From NCBI GenBank assembly GCA_040954595.2, contig CM082594.2:3395319-3459318 (forward strand): a stretch of 64,000 nucleotides of DNA, given 5' to 3'. Source of the DNA: Balanoglossus misakiensis (lineage: Eukaryota; Animalia; Hemichordata). The notes beneath the pieces were generated by a model. It was not told where the DNA came from. It saw only the letters and a list, made by a program, of their open reading frames with translations, and searched no databases. The position numbers and the translations under genes were made by a program. This document shows positions 26,401 to 39,487 of this stretch, one piece after another. Each line of letters opens with the position of its first letter. The stretch's first letter is position 1.

Positions 26401-28261
26401 TCTCGCGTGGTTTAGCAGTTTATATGAGAGGAGATACATGACACATACAAACATGGCCCATCGGGTTAAACGGTACAAAAGATGCAAGTTTTGTTAAACT
26501 CTGCACCTAGTCTAGTTAATGATACAAAGTTTAATTTGCAATATTTGGCCAGTAACCTGTTCCTGCGGTACAAGCCTCGTGAGATCCCACAATGAGCAGA
26601 GAATCATCTATTGATGCAAATTCCAAATCATTACTCAGGTATACATGCCTGGCCAGATTGTAACCCACTATAGCTTTCTCCGTCTTCCCTCAGTATATTG
26701 ATCCAGCGGCGATTATTGAAAATGAATTTTGGGGATATGATTTATAATAAGCGGTCCCACGGCCTGTCTTGAACCATCACGTACGTATTTTGACCTGACC
26801 TTACGAATATGCATATCTAATCCATCCTGGGATGTCATTTATGATAAAGCTGCCTCTGTTTGAACAGGATCAGCCCGATAATATTGAACACGTCGTGTTT
26901 TACCTAAATGTAAAATGTAAGATACACATTTCAGTTCGCGACATACTTTCTGAAACGATACTAATATTTCAAACGGTCTTTATCAACATCGCCACCATCC
27001 GTTGACAACTCTGGGTGAAACCAATCTTGAATGCTTACCACACCTGTTAATGTTTGGATTGTTACGGGCGGCTGTATATACTAGTGCGTTTCGTTTTATT
27101 TTAAAGGATAACGTCTAAGATGTACAATTCAATCCCTCCGTCATCCATCCATTTAATCCTTCGTTCCTTCCTTCATTCCATTGACCTTTCCCCCCTTCGC
27201 TCGCTCGTTTGTTTATTTGCCCACCCGTTCACGCGTCTTTTCATTCGGCATATTTCATATTTCAATTTCTTAAATGTAGCCCGGCACGTGACTGATTGAT
27301 CCCGAAACAATACCGAGAGTTACCATTCTGAAATGTCTGCCATTTAAGGAAACGTGTTCGTCTCTGACTGATAAATGGCGAGGGAAATTTACATACGTTG
27401 CACGAGAAAGGTCAGTCCGTACCGTCTTATCTTGACAAATAGCTATAGGTTGTCGAATCTTTTATGGTCCCAGTAAGGCCAAACATGCATATTATCAATA
27501 TACATGATTTATATTCCCAAACATAAATTTTGATCAGCCACTGATGATGACCAACATGCATGGGGTGTGGGGGGTGGGGGGTGGGGGCAGCAGAGATTGA
27601 GCCACCGATATATCCACCAAGATGGAATAATTTCTTTTTCACACTCAAATTCGGATCTGGCCGCAATGTCAATGTACAAACACACATACGCATGCCATCT
27701 GGAGTTGTGATCTGATGCAAAGAGACCATTTTCCGAACTCCATGAGATCCTGCGAGATCTCGCGTGGTTTAGCAGTTTATATGAGAGGAGATACATGACA
27801 CATACAAACATGGCCCATCGGGTTAAACGGTACAAAAGATGCAAGTTTTGTTAAACTCTGCACCTAGTCTAGTTAATGATACAAAGTTTAATTTGCAATA
27901 TTTGGCCAGTAACCTGTTCCTACGGTACAAGCCTCGTGAGATCCCACAATGAGCAGAGAATCATCTATTGATGCACATTCCAAATCATTACTCAGGTATA
28001 CATGCCTGGCCAGATTGTAACCCACTATAGCTTTCTCCGTCTTCCCTCAGTATATTGATCCAGCGGCGATTATTGAAAATGAATTTTGGGGATATGATTT
28101 ATAATAAGCGGTCCCACGGCCTGTCTTGAACCATCACGTACGTATTTTGACCTGACCTTACGAATATGCATATCTAATCCATCCTGGGATGTCATTTATG
28201 ATAAAGCTGCCTTTGTTTGAACAGGATCAGCCCGATAATATTGAACACGTCGTGTTTTACC
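23437..28261. repeat. Tandem array of a ~1.36-kb unit (about 3.5 copies, one internally deleted)
   Basis: aaatgtaagatacacatttcagttcgcg occurs at 23437, 25546 and 26913. tctc[ta]gactgat occurs at 23886, 24645, 25995 and 27361 (spacings 759, 1350, 1366). Copies are nearly identical. Confidence 0.92.
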
Positions 28262-30195
28262 CAACGTATAATGAGTCTTAATTGTCGACTATTAGGAAGG
28301 AATATGTAATTTGCCAAGAAATTCGATAAAACGTATCCGATGTCAAGTATCGTAAGCAGGGGCCTTAGACAAATTTCACATCGTTGACCCGTCAGGAGAA
28401 ACGAAGAAAACATGGGTGTCCACCGGCTTGTCATGAAAATCAGTCCCGATTTCAATTTTTCTCCATAGACATAACGCAGAGATTGGCGGCCATTTATAAT
28501 TTCGATTTTGGGACGATTTTGCTCTGTCATTCAAATTTGCGCTGTGACCCCATACTTTTATTGTCAATTTTAAGAGAGAATATTATAAACTTACCTTGAG
28601 CAAAATATGAGAGAAAGTTTAAGGCTTTGATTTTCGAGGCGGACTCTACCTGAAGGTTTAAGTTTGTAAAAGAAAAACTGTAAGATTTTTAATGTCAATT
28701 TGTATATAATTATTAGTACGAGAGAGACCTCCGTTCTCTATGTTTGAGGTTCATAACCAGCTTTACATTCACACAGTCAGAAACGTCCAATCACAAAAAT
28801 TGTACCTCCTAGTATAACATCTGGTATATTGCTGTGAAACATGAAAATTCAATGGTAGTTGCTCCTTCAGGTGCGGCGTCAGATTATACACTCCGGGATT
28901 ATCTTGTTTCTCGCGGGGACAATCGTGGCGCATCTCCCGGGATGAGATCATCGCATGCCTCGAATAAACATTCCAAACCATGACAACTAGCATGCATTAT
29001 CGAAAAACGTAAATGTATCAAAATGTTATCTGGTTACATCTGACAGTTATGTCAACACACTACATGACCTCCATCCCCCCATTTCAACTTTGCTTGATAC
29101 GCAATGTGAGCAATCAGGTAAATGACACACGAAGGGCGCGGACAGGGTCCTAGAAAGTGTATTTATATCCAGGTTTGTCTGTATTTCTGTCGAGATGTCA
29201 CAGCTGTGAAGAGCGTTAATCGTCCAATTTCGCAACTATTAAACCCCGGGGTCTGTAACTCGTCAAATCGACGGCATTAAGTTATATCACCAGTGGAGGC
29301 GTACAAGTCGGCCATTAACCTGATAAACTCGATTTATATCACCATCGAATTGTGCAACCATTAATGTCGGCAGAGGGAAGATAATTCCCTTGCTTAGATT
29401 TCCTCCCCCATCCCCACCTTGCATTATCAGACAAAACGGTAGATAAATAAGGCGTCGATGATACAGTAAATCAATACAATTTGAAGGATTTGCTCCTATA
29501 CACGCCATGGTTTGACATTATCGCGTAAAGTTCGTCCCGTACACGGCAACATTGGCCATTTTGCGGGCTATTAAGAACGATTTGAACCGAAAGATGTTTG
29601 GTGCCCGATATGCGTGATGATATCATCGAGTTGTTTATCATAGACGGCCTGTCAGCTGTCAAGATTGAAACTAGCCAATCACTCGCAACGACCCTTGTAG
29701 TGGAATAGCGAAGTCCACCGATGATAATTATGGAGAGACGCTTCACATGAAAAACATGTCGAGACTGGTAGAGGTCTGGTAACACAGTCTGACCTTGTAA
29801 ATCGCACTTGTTTAATGCCACCATAAGAGTGACAGGGTCATCTACAGTTGAAACTTGGAAATGGTTCTGATAAGCATACGCTTGGGGTGTATTATGTTCC
29901 GTTCTACCAAACGAATGCCTTATCAGTGACATAGGCAGTTTCTGTTTTCCTGAAGGAAGAACACGAGCGAGACAGAACATGGCAACCTGTTCATGTTGCC
30001 CTACCTCAAACACATCAGAAATTCCGTACTTTCCCAGATACCATGCGATAAAAAAACTGTGAACGATTTCAAGTCATGAATGTCAAAAGACTGGGCCCAT
30101 CAAGCACTCAATAATTGTGATAGCCATAGAGGTACAACTCGACTGAGTTTGAACTACTGATAAAAATAAACACTTTGCATAATGTAACTGTAATT

Positions 30196-30414
30196 ATCCA
30201 CCTTCATGACCCCGGAGTGAACTTGGATCATGGTGATTTTGGTTGGTATGGCAACACAAATAATCCAATTTCTCACTTTTTTGTTGCATACAAAATTCAG
30301 CTTTTTTTCTTTTGGGATGTACAGAGCACAAATTCAATGGGTATGGAGGAGTTTTCCAGGCTTAAAACTAAAATGCCAGGATGTAAAGGTCACACCGGGG
30401 TCATGAAAGTGGCC
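30196..30414. mobile_element. Harbinger-like MITE (different family)
   Basis: TIR pair CCACCTTCATGACCCCGGAGTGAACTT and AAGGTCACACCGGGGTCATGAAAGTGG; right end GGCC-TAA. Confidence 0.7.
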
Positions 30415-32878
30415 TAAATGCGCACGCCACTCTTTATACATGATCGTGCCGTTTACTCCAGAGGTACCTGCCATGGTTGTGAGCATTTCCCATCGCTCAG
30501 TTGACCCTTTGAACCTAGCGACCTTTTACACCAATGAGGGACTTACCCCTAAAATCGATTAAATAATGAGGCGTCTAAAATGCTTTACAAAAAAGAATGG
30601 CTTCTAGTTACTGCGAAATATTTTCTCAGGCAACTATTAAAGATATAACAGAATCATAGTGTATACAACAAGATTAAGAAACCAATTGCTGGCTCAAGAA
30701 ACCAAAATGACAGCGGTACATATTACTCACATATGCATGGTAATCACATGTACAGAAACACAGGTGTATTGATGCCCTAGAGGGCGCACAACACCACAAG
30801 CAACATGTACTTGCTTCACAATGGAAACCCTAAGGGTTACACCATTGGATAACTGGAAGGTGGCTTGGGAACTTAAAAAAAAAATTGCCAGCAAAATGAA
30901 AAAAAAAAACTTGTTATAAGCTCTAAATTGTATCTGTTTGGTAGAGTATTAAACACTTTATAGTGGGTCTGTGTCCTGATAGAATTAATTGCAACATTAA
31001 ACAAGCAGAACCCTACTGGGAATATAATAGTGTAACTATCTTTATTGGTACATTGACATAAATGCACAACTCTGTGTGACTAAAACTGATCAGTGCAGCT
31101 AATACTTTGTGTCATTTGTATACAATATTTTTAGGCAAATACAAAATGTACATTGAATAATAGCATTGCTCACTCCAAAACTATTTCAAACCACAGTACT
31201 GCTGAGTGCCAATCCCATGTACACCTATAAATTGTTTACAGTCCTTCTTATCTGTGACTCGTACCTCATAGATAATTTTAATTTTCGCAATCTCTACCAC
31301 AAATGTCAGTCTTTGATTACTTGAGCATTGTTTAAACAGTTTTAAACATATTTATCGAAAATTATATGAAAATAGAAATAAATATATTGTTGAACACAAT
31401 TCAAGTTTTTAAAATACTCACTGAAGATAGAAATTAACACATAACACAACAAAAAGGCTTCAAAGAAAAATTCCCCGTGTCAGCATATGAATCTGGCCAG
31501 TATTTTTGGAGTTCGACACACAACCAAACACAAGCTGTCTCTTTATACATAGACATTGAATGGTTTGATACAAATCGGTTCACACAGTGCAAACCAGAGA
31601 ATATGCAGAAAATACAGTCATGAAGATAAGCTGGCACTCAAGTTCAGACCTAAAACTTCACAATAGTATGCAGTCTATGATTAGCAAGTGTATTATGATT
31701 GTGTGTAACTATAAGGAAGTTGGAATTGGGAAAAGAAATGCTTTCATACAAGCCAAATTTCCTTTGAGACTGATTTCCCCAACTCCCCCTGGATAGCAAA
31801 TGCTCTAGTCTATCCTAAGTTCTGAACATGCAGCTGTGAATCACATCATTGAAATTTGTCTGAGTGTTTAGTAAACAGAATCTGATCATTTTGAAATTAA
31901 TATTGTTGGTAGAAGACAGCTGGAGAGTGGTATTTGTGGAAAAAAAACTATCCAGCTTAATTTCAGAGAAAGAATCTTCTACTGGATAACAATGCTCACA
32001 CTCCTCGGACAAGCTGTCTCCATAACCCCCTTCTCAGTGTGAATTCATATCTCTTTCAACAAATCCCCTTAACAGAATTATAATCATTTTACTGCAGTGT
32101 CTGGCAGTCTGGCCTCCAAGCCCTTACTGTTATCAACTCACCCCACTAAAATACTAGTCGTAAAACATTCACATGTCTGTGTTACCCCATATCCCACTTG
32201 GGTTGTTATCTACTCAAGCCGACCCATTTCTAATTCATGTCTCTTTGTGTTTCCATACCTGCTGTGTGCCTAACTTATCTGCCTCTATTTGCAAGACCAG
32301 CTTACTCAGCTTCCCTCCCCTCCTCCCCCTCAATACTCCTCCAAGCTCAGAACAGGCCTCAAACAAAATGTCACTCAGTGACAATTCAGTTCCAACGTGT
32401 ATTACCTTCACACACGAAAAATACACTAAATTCACTCAGTCAGTGAAAACCATCAGATACACACACTATGACCACCCGTTTCAGAAAATAATTTAGTGTG
32501 GAGTTGGCAGATACATCAGTTGATACCCCGATAGCTTTACACAGTGCTCAGCACTTGTTATGTGTGTCCGCTACCCTGTGAGAAGTACAGTGTCCAAAGA
32601 ATATCAACTAGAATGCCGCCAATGCAATATGCAACAAACGAAAGTCTATATACGAGGGTTGAGATACGTGTGTTAATTGTTCTCGGCAAACTGCAATATC
32701 ACAACAATGTATTTCGCGAACGCCTCACTCCCCTGACCAAAATACTCACTAATACACACACCACCCAATCATAAGGACTCACGACAATCCCCCCAAAGCA
32801 CGAGTGACAGTAACTCGGGGAACCAAACCCTCAGCTAAACAAATCACTCGCACGGAGATCTGACAGAAACACGTTCGT

Positions 32879-32940
32879 CGCCGCCATTTTCTTCTCGCCT
32901 GTGTGCCCGTAGATGGCGCATGCGCACCACGCCACACCCC
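32879..32940 (-). promoter_or_regulatory. Housekeeping-type promoter motif cluster (KLF/SP, NRF1, YY1, CTCF-like)
   Basis: GCCACACCCC at 32931-32940, GCGCATGCGC at 32916-32925, CCCGTAGATGGCGC at 32906-32919, and AAAATGGCGGCG on the minus strand at 32879-32890. Confidence 0.6.
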
Positions 32941-33227
32941 AAGGTATACAATGTACATGTACTCAAAACGCCAACGGAGACCCTATGTACGTACATATAC
33001 ATGCAATATGAATCAGGACATTACAAACAAAACTGACCAAGCGCCATATCGTATTCTTCAAAGTTATAGATTTATTGACATTTAGATGTATTCCATGATA
33101 CAAACTCTTCTCTTTAAATATGTTCGTATATACAAACTGTACAAGACATTGGCTTTGGCCTAGTAGGCCTAGGCCAACAATCGATTGCATATTGACGGTC
33201 GAATTTGAAAGAGAAATACAATTTGCA

Positions 33228-33522
33228 ATATACATTGTATTCTGGATAATATGTTGCTCCGAAGTCCCCACCTACCAGAAGAATACTTCGATAACACTTT
33301 TCTTGTAAATGTTTATATAGACATAGGAAACAAAGTATGCATGAAAACTAAGACAAAATGCCATATACATTGTATTCTGGGTAATGTGAAGCGATTTAGT
33401 CCCTACCTACCAGAAAAATAATTTGATCCCAATTTCTAGTAAGTGTTTCTATATTGTATCAACGCTTAATATAGTACTGTATAGACAGGAAACATGTATG
33501 CCTTGAAATTAAGACAATATTG
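33228..33522. repeat. Two diverged tandem copies of a ~135-160-bp unit
   Basis: atatacattgtattctgg...cctaccagaa...atagac..ggaaaca..gtatgc..taagacaa at 33228 and 33363. Confidence 0.7.
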
Positions 33523-34435
33523 TATACACAAAAAGTGCAATATTTTAACTGAAGACCATCGCAATGAAAACAACGTCGGCACTGCAGTTAAATGCTATTT
33601 TGATTTGATACTCTGTAAACATTGCACAGCCGCGATTCCAACTATAGTCCCCGGCAGCTGAGGATATGAAAATATCGAAACTTACGCGAGAGATTGCATT
33701 CGGAGAATTTCGAGGAAACTGGCCTGTAACAGTCACGTCACTGTGATTAGGCGCAAGAAAACTAAATATAAACTTATCTATAAAAAAACGAGAGACACAC
33801 TTCTGGTCTTTATAATACTAATTTTAGGTCATTTCATCCACTTGACGCATAAAACGATTTCACAAACCAGCAAATTCCTTCATTTCATGATTTCGTTTCT
33901 TACAGCTTTTGAGCTCCTCTCCACGTTGGATATTTGCATATTTACATATTTCTGGATTTACATAACTTTAATAGAAATCTGCATATGCTAATTTGATATT
34001 TCGTAGTCGTAGGCATTACCTATACTTGGTGACTATACAAAAAATAATGCACTTTGATAATAACAATTACGTTTCATGGTGAGAAAGGAAGTTCTGGATA
34101 CGTTGCGTAGTGGAAATGATATATCTTCCACCGAAATATATAATCAACTGGAAACAAATTCGCAATGTGATGCACATAAAACATAACAAAAGCGACATAG
34201 TTCTTAGGACGATTATGGGGTTCAAGGCATTGTGCACAACATTCACTTTGCTTCGTTTAAATTCTTGAAGCTTCTCACAGCATAACTACCCTCTTTCAAA
34301 CAACAATGTCCAGAACAGTTTTGAAGTGCATAGTTGGGACCAGTTAATTAACGTTGTTGAACACCCAGGGCTTTACAAGCGCATATTTGTTAAATTGGAG
34401 CACCCGTTTCAACTCGCTATTTCTGTACTTTCAGT

Positions 34436-36548
34436 CTATATCTTGGAATTGTACATAAACCACGCATCTTCTTCAGTCTGCAATAGAGGAGAAAACAGAA
34501 GGATGGGCACATGACGTTGAGTGTTATTATATGGCACATCCGGCTCAGATGTTGAGAATTAACATATTTTTCAAGATACTATAGTACCAATTTAATCCCC
34601 CAAATGATCTACACGTGCATATAGGCCCTATGCCAATTTGGAAAATCAAATCTCAAAAAGAGAAAGGAATAATAATAGCTATCATACGGGGATACCGTCG
34701 ACGCCTGATATAGCTCGTCCCTTAATTTTATCACGTACATGTAATGGCCAATCGTTCTTTTGTACTGCCTGGTTCCAAATTCAATCATTCTGCGGTATTA
34801 ATTTTGAGCATTCTAACATTTTTTGTCGTAATCATATATAGAGGATGGGTGTTACTTAAATGTTGTTAAATTTTAGAAAAAGATACATACCAGATCACTT
34901 CTCCATATTTCATCGGAGTCGAACGATGACGACGCCCTCCACTGGTCGTAATGCCTACTCTGGGGACGCGGTATTTGGAAAGACCCCTCGGGTAGATGGA
35001 TATCATTGTTTAGCCCCGGTCTGTATATGTGCTCACTTGCAGTCACGGACACGGTCTGTGAGGAATGAAGTATACAACATTTTCAAATAAGTCCTTCAAC
35101 TTTATGTCAGATTATAATTGGCCTTGACTCTTTAAGACATAATGTGTGATGATTTGCATTTCTCCTTGTCTCACTCTGTCTGTCTGTCTGTCTGTCTTCC
35201 ATACGAGCATAGACCAACTGCAAAGCCTTACATCAGATTCATCAGGTGGTTCATCATAATCTCTTGAATATCGTGGTGGCGTCAGTTCAGTTTCTTGCAT
35301 CCTGGCCAATGATGCCTGAAGCGAAGACCTAGATAATTTCGCCCTCAAGCCAGTCTGCAAAAGAACATGGCACACGTGAGTGATCATCCAAACCACTCTA
35401 GGCATTATGGCGCGGAAGTATGTTAATGCAGAGACAACAGAAATGATGTGAGGCAACAGTACAGCTTGAAATTCTTACATTCATAGGTGGGGCGTTGCGT
35501 AAAACCATAGCGATGTGCTCTGCCCGTCGCTCTTCCTCAGACGACAGGGTATGCCACGAAGCGACCGACAGCTTCCCGTCGTCATCAAACGAAGTGCTGA
35601 AGCCGTCGCTGTCCCTCGAAGCACGAGTCCTTTTCCCGCCTTTGGCGGCATGGTCATTCTTGTAGGTGGCCGCCAGGAAGTGCGATACGTTCATTTGGTC
35701 CACTTCCTTCGTCGGCTTCCGGCGCCTGCACTTGATGACGACGAAGACCGCGATGATGGTGACGATCGCCAGCGATACGCCAGTCAGTACCGCGATCAAC
35801 ACATAGTTGGGAGCTGCTCTCGGAACCGAATCTGAAACAAAGGACCATCAAGTTACAATCACGGAACGCCGTTGCTTTTTACCCTCTCATATCAGTGAAT
35901 TAAACCGAGCTTCAAAGATCTTATACAAACAGAGCATGATATATATGGACAGTGCATCAGTTTCTATTCACCCAATATTCTCTTTCATTACTATGTGTAA
36001 GATAGCATTTCCACGCCGTTTCTGACAAATCTATGTGATCGTTTCCACAGTGTAAAATCTACGCATTTAGTACCCTGTTTGTTTTTGGAAGTTGAACTCT
36101 GTGAAATGAAGAAGAAACTCGTAAACCTAACGAATTATGACACCTCTGATGTCATTTATAGGATGATGAAGTGAAATTTGTCTTTGCTTTGCTTTTGGTT
36201 GTGAGCTGAACTTGTTTGAAATCTGCTCAACAAAACCTGTTTGACATACATTGTATTTCGAAACAAGGCGCTGATTGGTCAGTCGTTTGATGTATGTCCA
36301 CGAGATCTGAGCATGCGCCCTTGCGAGAAGCCGTTTGCAGTACGTGTATAGCATCCGCGAGGGCCCACCCACGGCACTATAGCTCACATTACCTTCGATC
36401 TCTCGAACACAAATTCTTCCCGGGAAAACATCGCCCTTGTCTTCGTGTCCCTTCAGGCACTCGCATGCAAACCGTCCACCGCTCAAGTTCTCACACGTAG
36501 CGTTGGTGTGACAATCGTTGTAGTCCTCTTCGGAACATGGTTCAAAAT
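34436..36548 (-). CDS. Juxtamembrane EGF, TM and cytoplasmic exons of gene 1 (36393-36548, 35479-35831, 35232-35354, 34891-35055, 34436-34477)
   Basis: TM segment [23 protein letters not shown] followed by stop-transfer KCRRRK; tail exons join in phase 0 and end [13 protein letters not shown]-stop. Confidence 0.82.
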
Positions 36549-39456
36549 CTAAAATGACGTCAACAGTTTAAATTAAAGACCTGGTAGCTGCTAATTTTAA
36601 GCATGCTTCATTCGATAAAATATTTCAATCTTTTCCTTATCATTAGTCAACAGACAACACTAATTTGAATTTGCGCGGATTATAACAGACATGTGTGCAT
36701 ACCAGTATTTTGCATATTTGCTGAATAAATGTACACCCGCAATCTGAGCTAGGTTGATAATATGTTTGTATATACCCATCAGATAGCTCATTTAAATGGA
36801 CCATTCTAAGCTTGAAAATTAAACCATGAAAATAATGCAAACGAAGTGGCAGCTACTGGGGCTTTAAGACCACTAAGATCCAAATTTAGGTGTAAATGTA
36901 TATTTACTTCTCTGTGCATGGTGGTTGTTCTGTTGCGTGCGTCTTCGAATTCTCGTTGTGTCGTGTCGTGTGGTGTGGAAACGTTACTCTTTACATTCTT
37001 TGCGCACACCGACATTCGTACAAATGGCCTGATTCCGTGTGCTCAATGTAAATTGGACTGAAGGAATTATTTTAACGCGTGTTAGCCGTCTTCAAACAGT
37101 TTAATTATAAGTTCATTCCTGTCATGCGTCTGCACATTTTGGCGAGTGATTGAACAACCTGTGATAAATACCTTCATAATTTATGTTGTTGATTGAGAGT
37201 GACGTTTCTCCGAACGACAGCTTTTTCGTGTCGTCTAGTTCCTCCGTGAGAATGACAGCCACTTGCGTTGCAGTGATGTTTGCTGTGATATTAAATACCA
37301 ACACGTAGTTCACGATCACGCTGCCATTTTGAAAGTTGAGTACGTCACAGCGAATGTAGTCATCTTTGGTATCTTGGTTATACCGGTACAAATAATCCAT
37401 CTGTAAGCATAAGCGTGGAAAAGTGGTAGTCTTTGGACGTCACGCGATTGTCCATTCATAACAATAATGGCGAGAGATTGTAGGCAAGTTAAGACGTCCA
37501 TTTTCGTCGCATTTTTGTTCTCACAAACTTTCATTTTGAGGGCCAATTTGTCTATCATGAACATGTCCTTTGTCCGAAATGTATAGTTAGATTATTGATG
37601 GGAGTTGTCATATACAGTGAAATATTATAAAAATGTTGCGGTTTGCAAGAAAACCGACACCAACACATTCCACTTTGTAATGGACGAGGCAGCACCTACC
37701 GCCATTTTCACATCCCGTTCGATCAGGCGATAACTGTATGACGTAGGGTCGTCAAAACCCTGGTCGAAGTATAGCGCAAGATCATGACCGCTGTCGAATA
37801 TTTCGAACGAACCTTTCACGACTTTCGACTCTGTAAAAATAAAGAAACAACCAGCTCTGTATGCGTTTTAAGAGCGCTTAGTTTGTGAACAATGTGATCC
37901 GATAACAATAGTCAAAAAGAAACCTATGTAAAGCGAGAGTGTCACACTGTCTGCCACCTGCCGTGTCGTTACAGAATCCACCAGACCCCTTGTCTTTTGC
38001 AGGCTACCGAAAGACATAAAACATTCGCGCCACACAATCAAAACTTGACATATATGTAAAGAAATCAAACCTTCACATGTCATCCTCTCTCCATCTGTGA
38101 TTTCGTGGTACCCTGGCCGACATTCGCAGCTGTACGAGCCGGGCAGATTAACGCAGATAACCCTTTCACCGCCGGGACAGTTCTCAGTGTCGCACTCGTT
38201 GATATCTGTCATTGTGGGGGAGGGTATGACAAAATTTGAAATGGCTTCATTGGGTAAAGCACATGGAATGGTCATTTCGATAGACGGTTGACGGGGGGGG
38301 GGGGTCTCATCACATGCACAATACTCGTTTGATAACATGTCCGCAAACGATTGTATGTATGAAGCGAATCATGAGTTTTGTTGACATGCATACGGTCATT
38401 TCTCCCCGTTTTCATGATTAAATACAATCTGATGTGTCAGCAGGTATAACGAATGTCACTTGCTGAGGAAAACATATCGTGAAATATAAAACAATATTTA
38501 TAAACTACATCAACTGTATAGTCAGCAGGCTCAGAAGGCCTAAACGGATAAACATAGTCCCCTGCCGGGTCATGATATGAACATACCTATGCACTGGCCA
38601 CGAAGACCCCTTCCCACGTTTTCAAACCCATCGTAGCATTCGCATGAATAGAGGCCATTTCCACTGTCTGTACAAGTCGCGTACTGGTCACAGTTATGGG
38701 TATTGTCAAAGCATTTGTCGACAGCTCCTGGTAATAGATACACATGAATTGTGAGTCAAGTACTGTTTGTTAATCTACAAAATATTCACAAACCAAATAT
38801 ATAGAATTTTACAATGTAGGTAAACATCTACCAATACATTAACGAAGGTGAATACAATAAAATAAATTAAATTAAATTATAGAAAACTAAAATAAATAAA
38901 TAACTAAATAAGTAAGTAAGTAAGTAAGTAAGTAAATAAATAAATAAATAAATAAATATTTCAAATTAAATTAAATTAAATTACTGCATGTCGGTCTTTA
39001 CCTGGATACGCGGCTGTGAACGTGTCTGGTTTAACCGCATATTTGTATATTTCCAGTAATCCGGTGGGTGGAACTCTGATATCGAAAGCGTGTGTAATAT
39101 TAATAGGCGTCAAATTTGAATTGCGGTCTACGTTGACGTAGAACACGCTCTCCACGCCTTCGCTGTGGTTTCGGAATTCGAGCACAACGCTGTTTGCGTA
39201 ATCCTCTTTTATCGGGCTCTCGAACTCCCCCTCGTCGGCGCCAAATATATGATTTATCTGTAACGGAGCGAGAGGGAAGAAATAGATGAAACTTTTCGGA
39301 CGCGCTTATTAAGAATTTTGCATAATAGAAGACTGTTACGTTTGTTACTTTTTATGCCATCACCACTATCCCTGTACAACTTCCGATCAATATATTTTAC
39401 AAAGAACTCAAATCAATCAATCAATCAATCAATCGGTCAGTCAGTCAATCAATCAG

Positions 39457-39487
<31 letters not shown>

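Noticed and set aside
24060-27844. Repeated ~100-aa ORFs MHLLYRLTR...
   Set aside because: They recur only because of the tandem array, are frameshifted differently between copies and show no recognisable domain.
30820-30912. MALAT1-like triple-helix A-tract or telomerase template (aaaccctaagggttac; cttaaaaaaaaaattgccagcaaaa)
   Set aside because: No paired U-rich motifs or tRNA-like element on the same strand, and no full CTAACCCTAA template.
10942-34436. Giant mucin exon as part of gene 1
   Set aside because: Gene 1 ends with a TM, tail and stop at 34436, and the giant exon has its own signal-peptide exon at 22405-22534.
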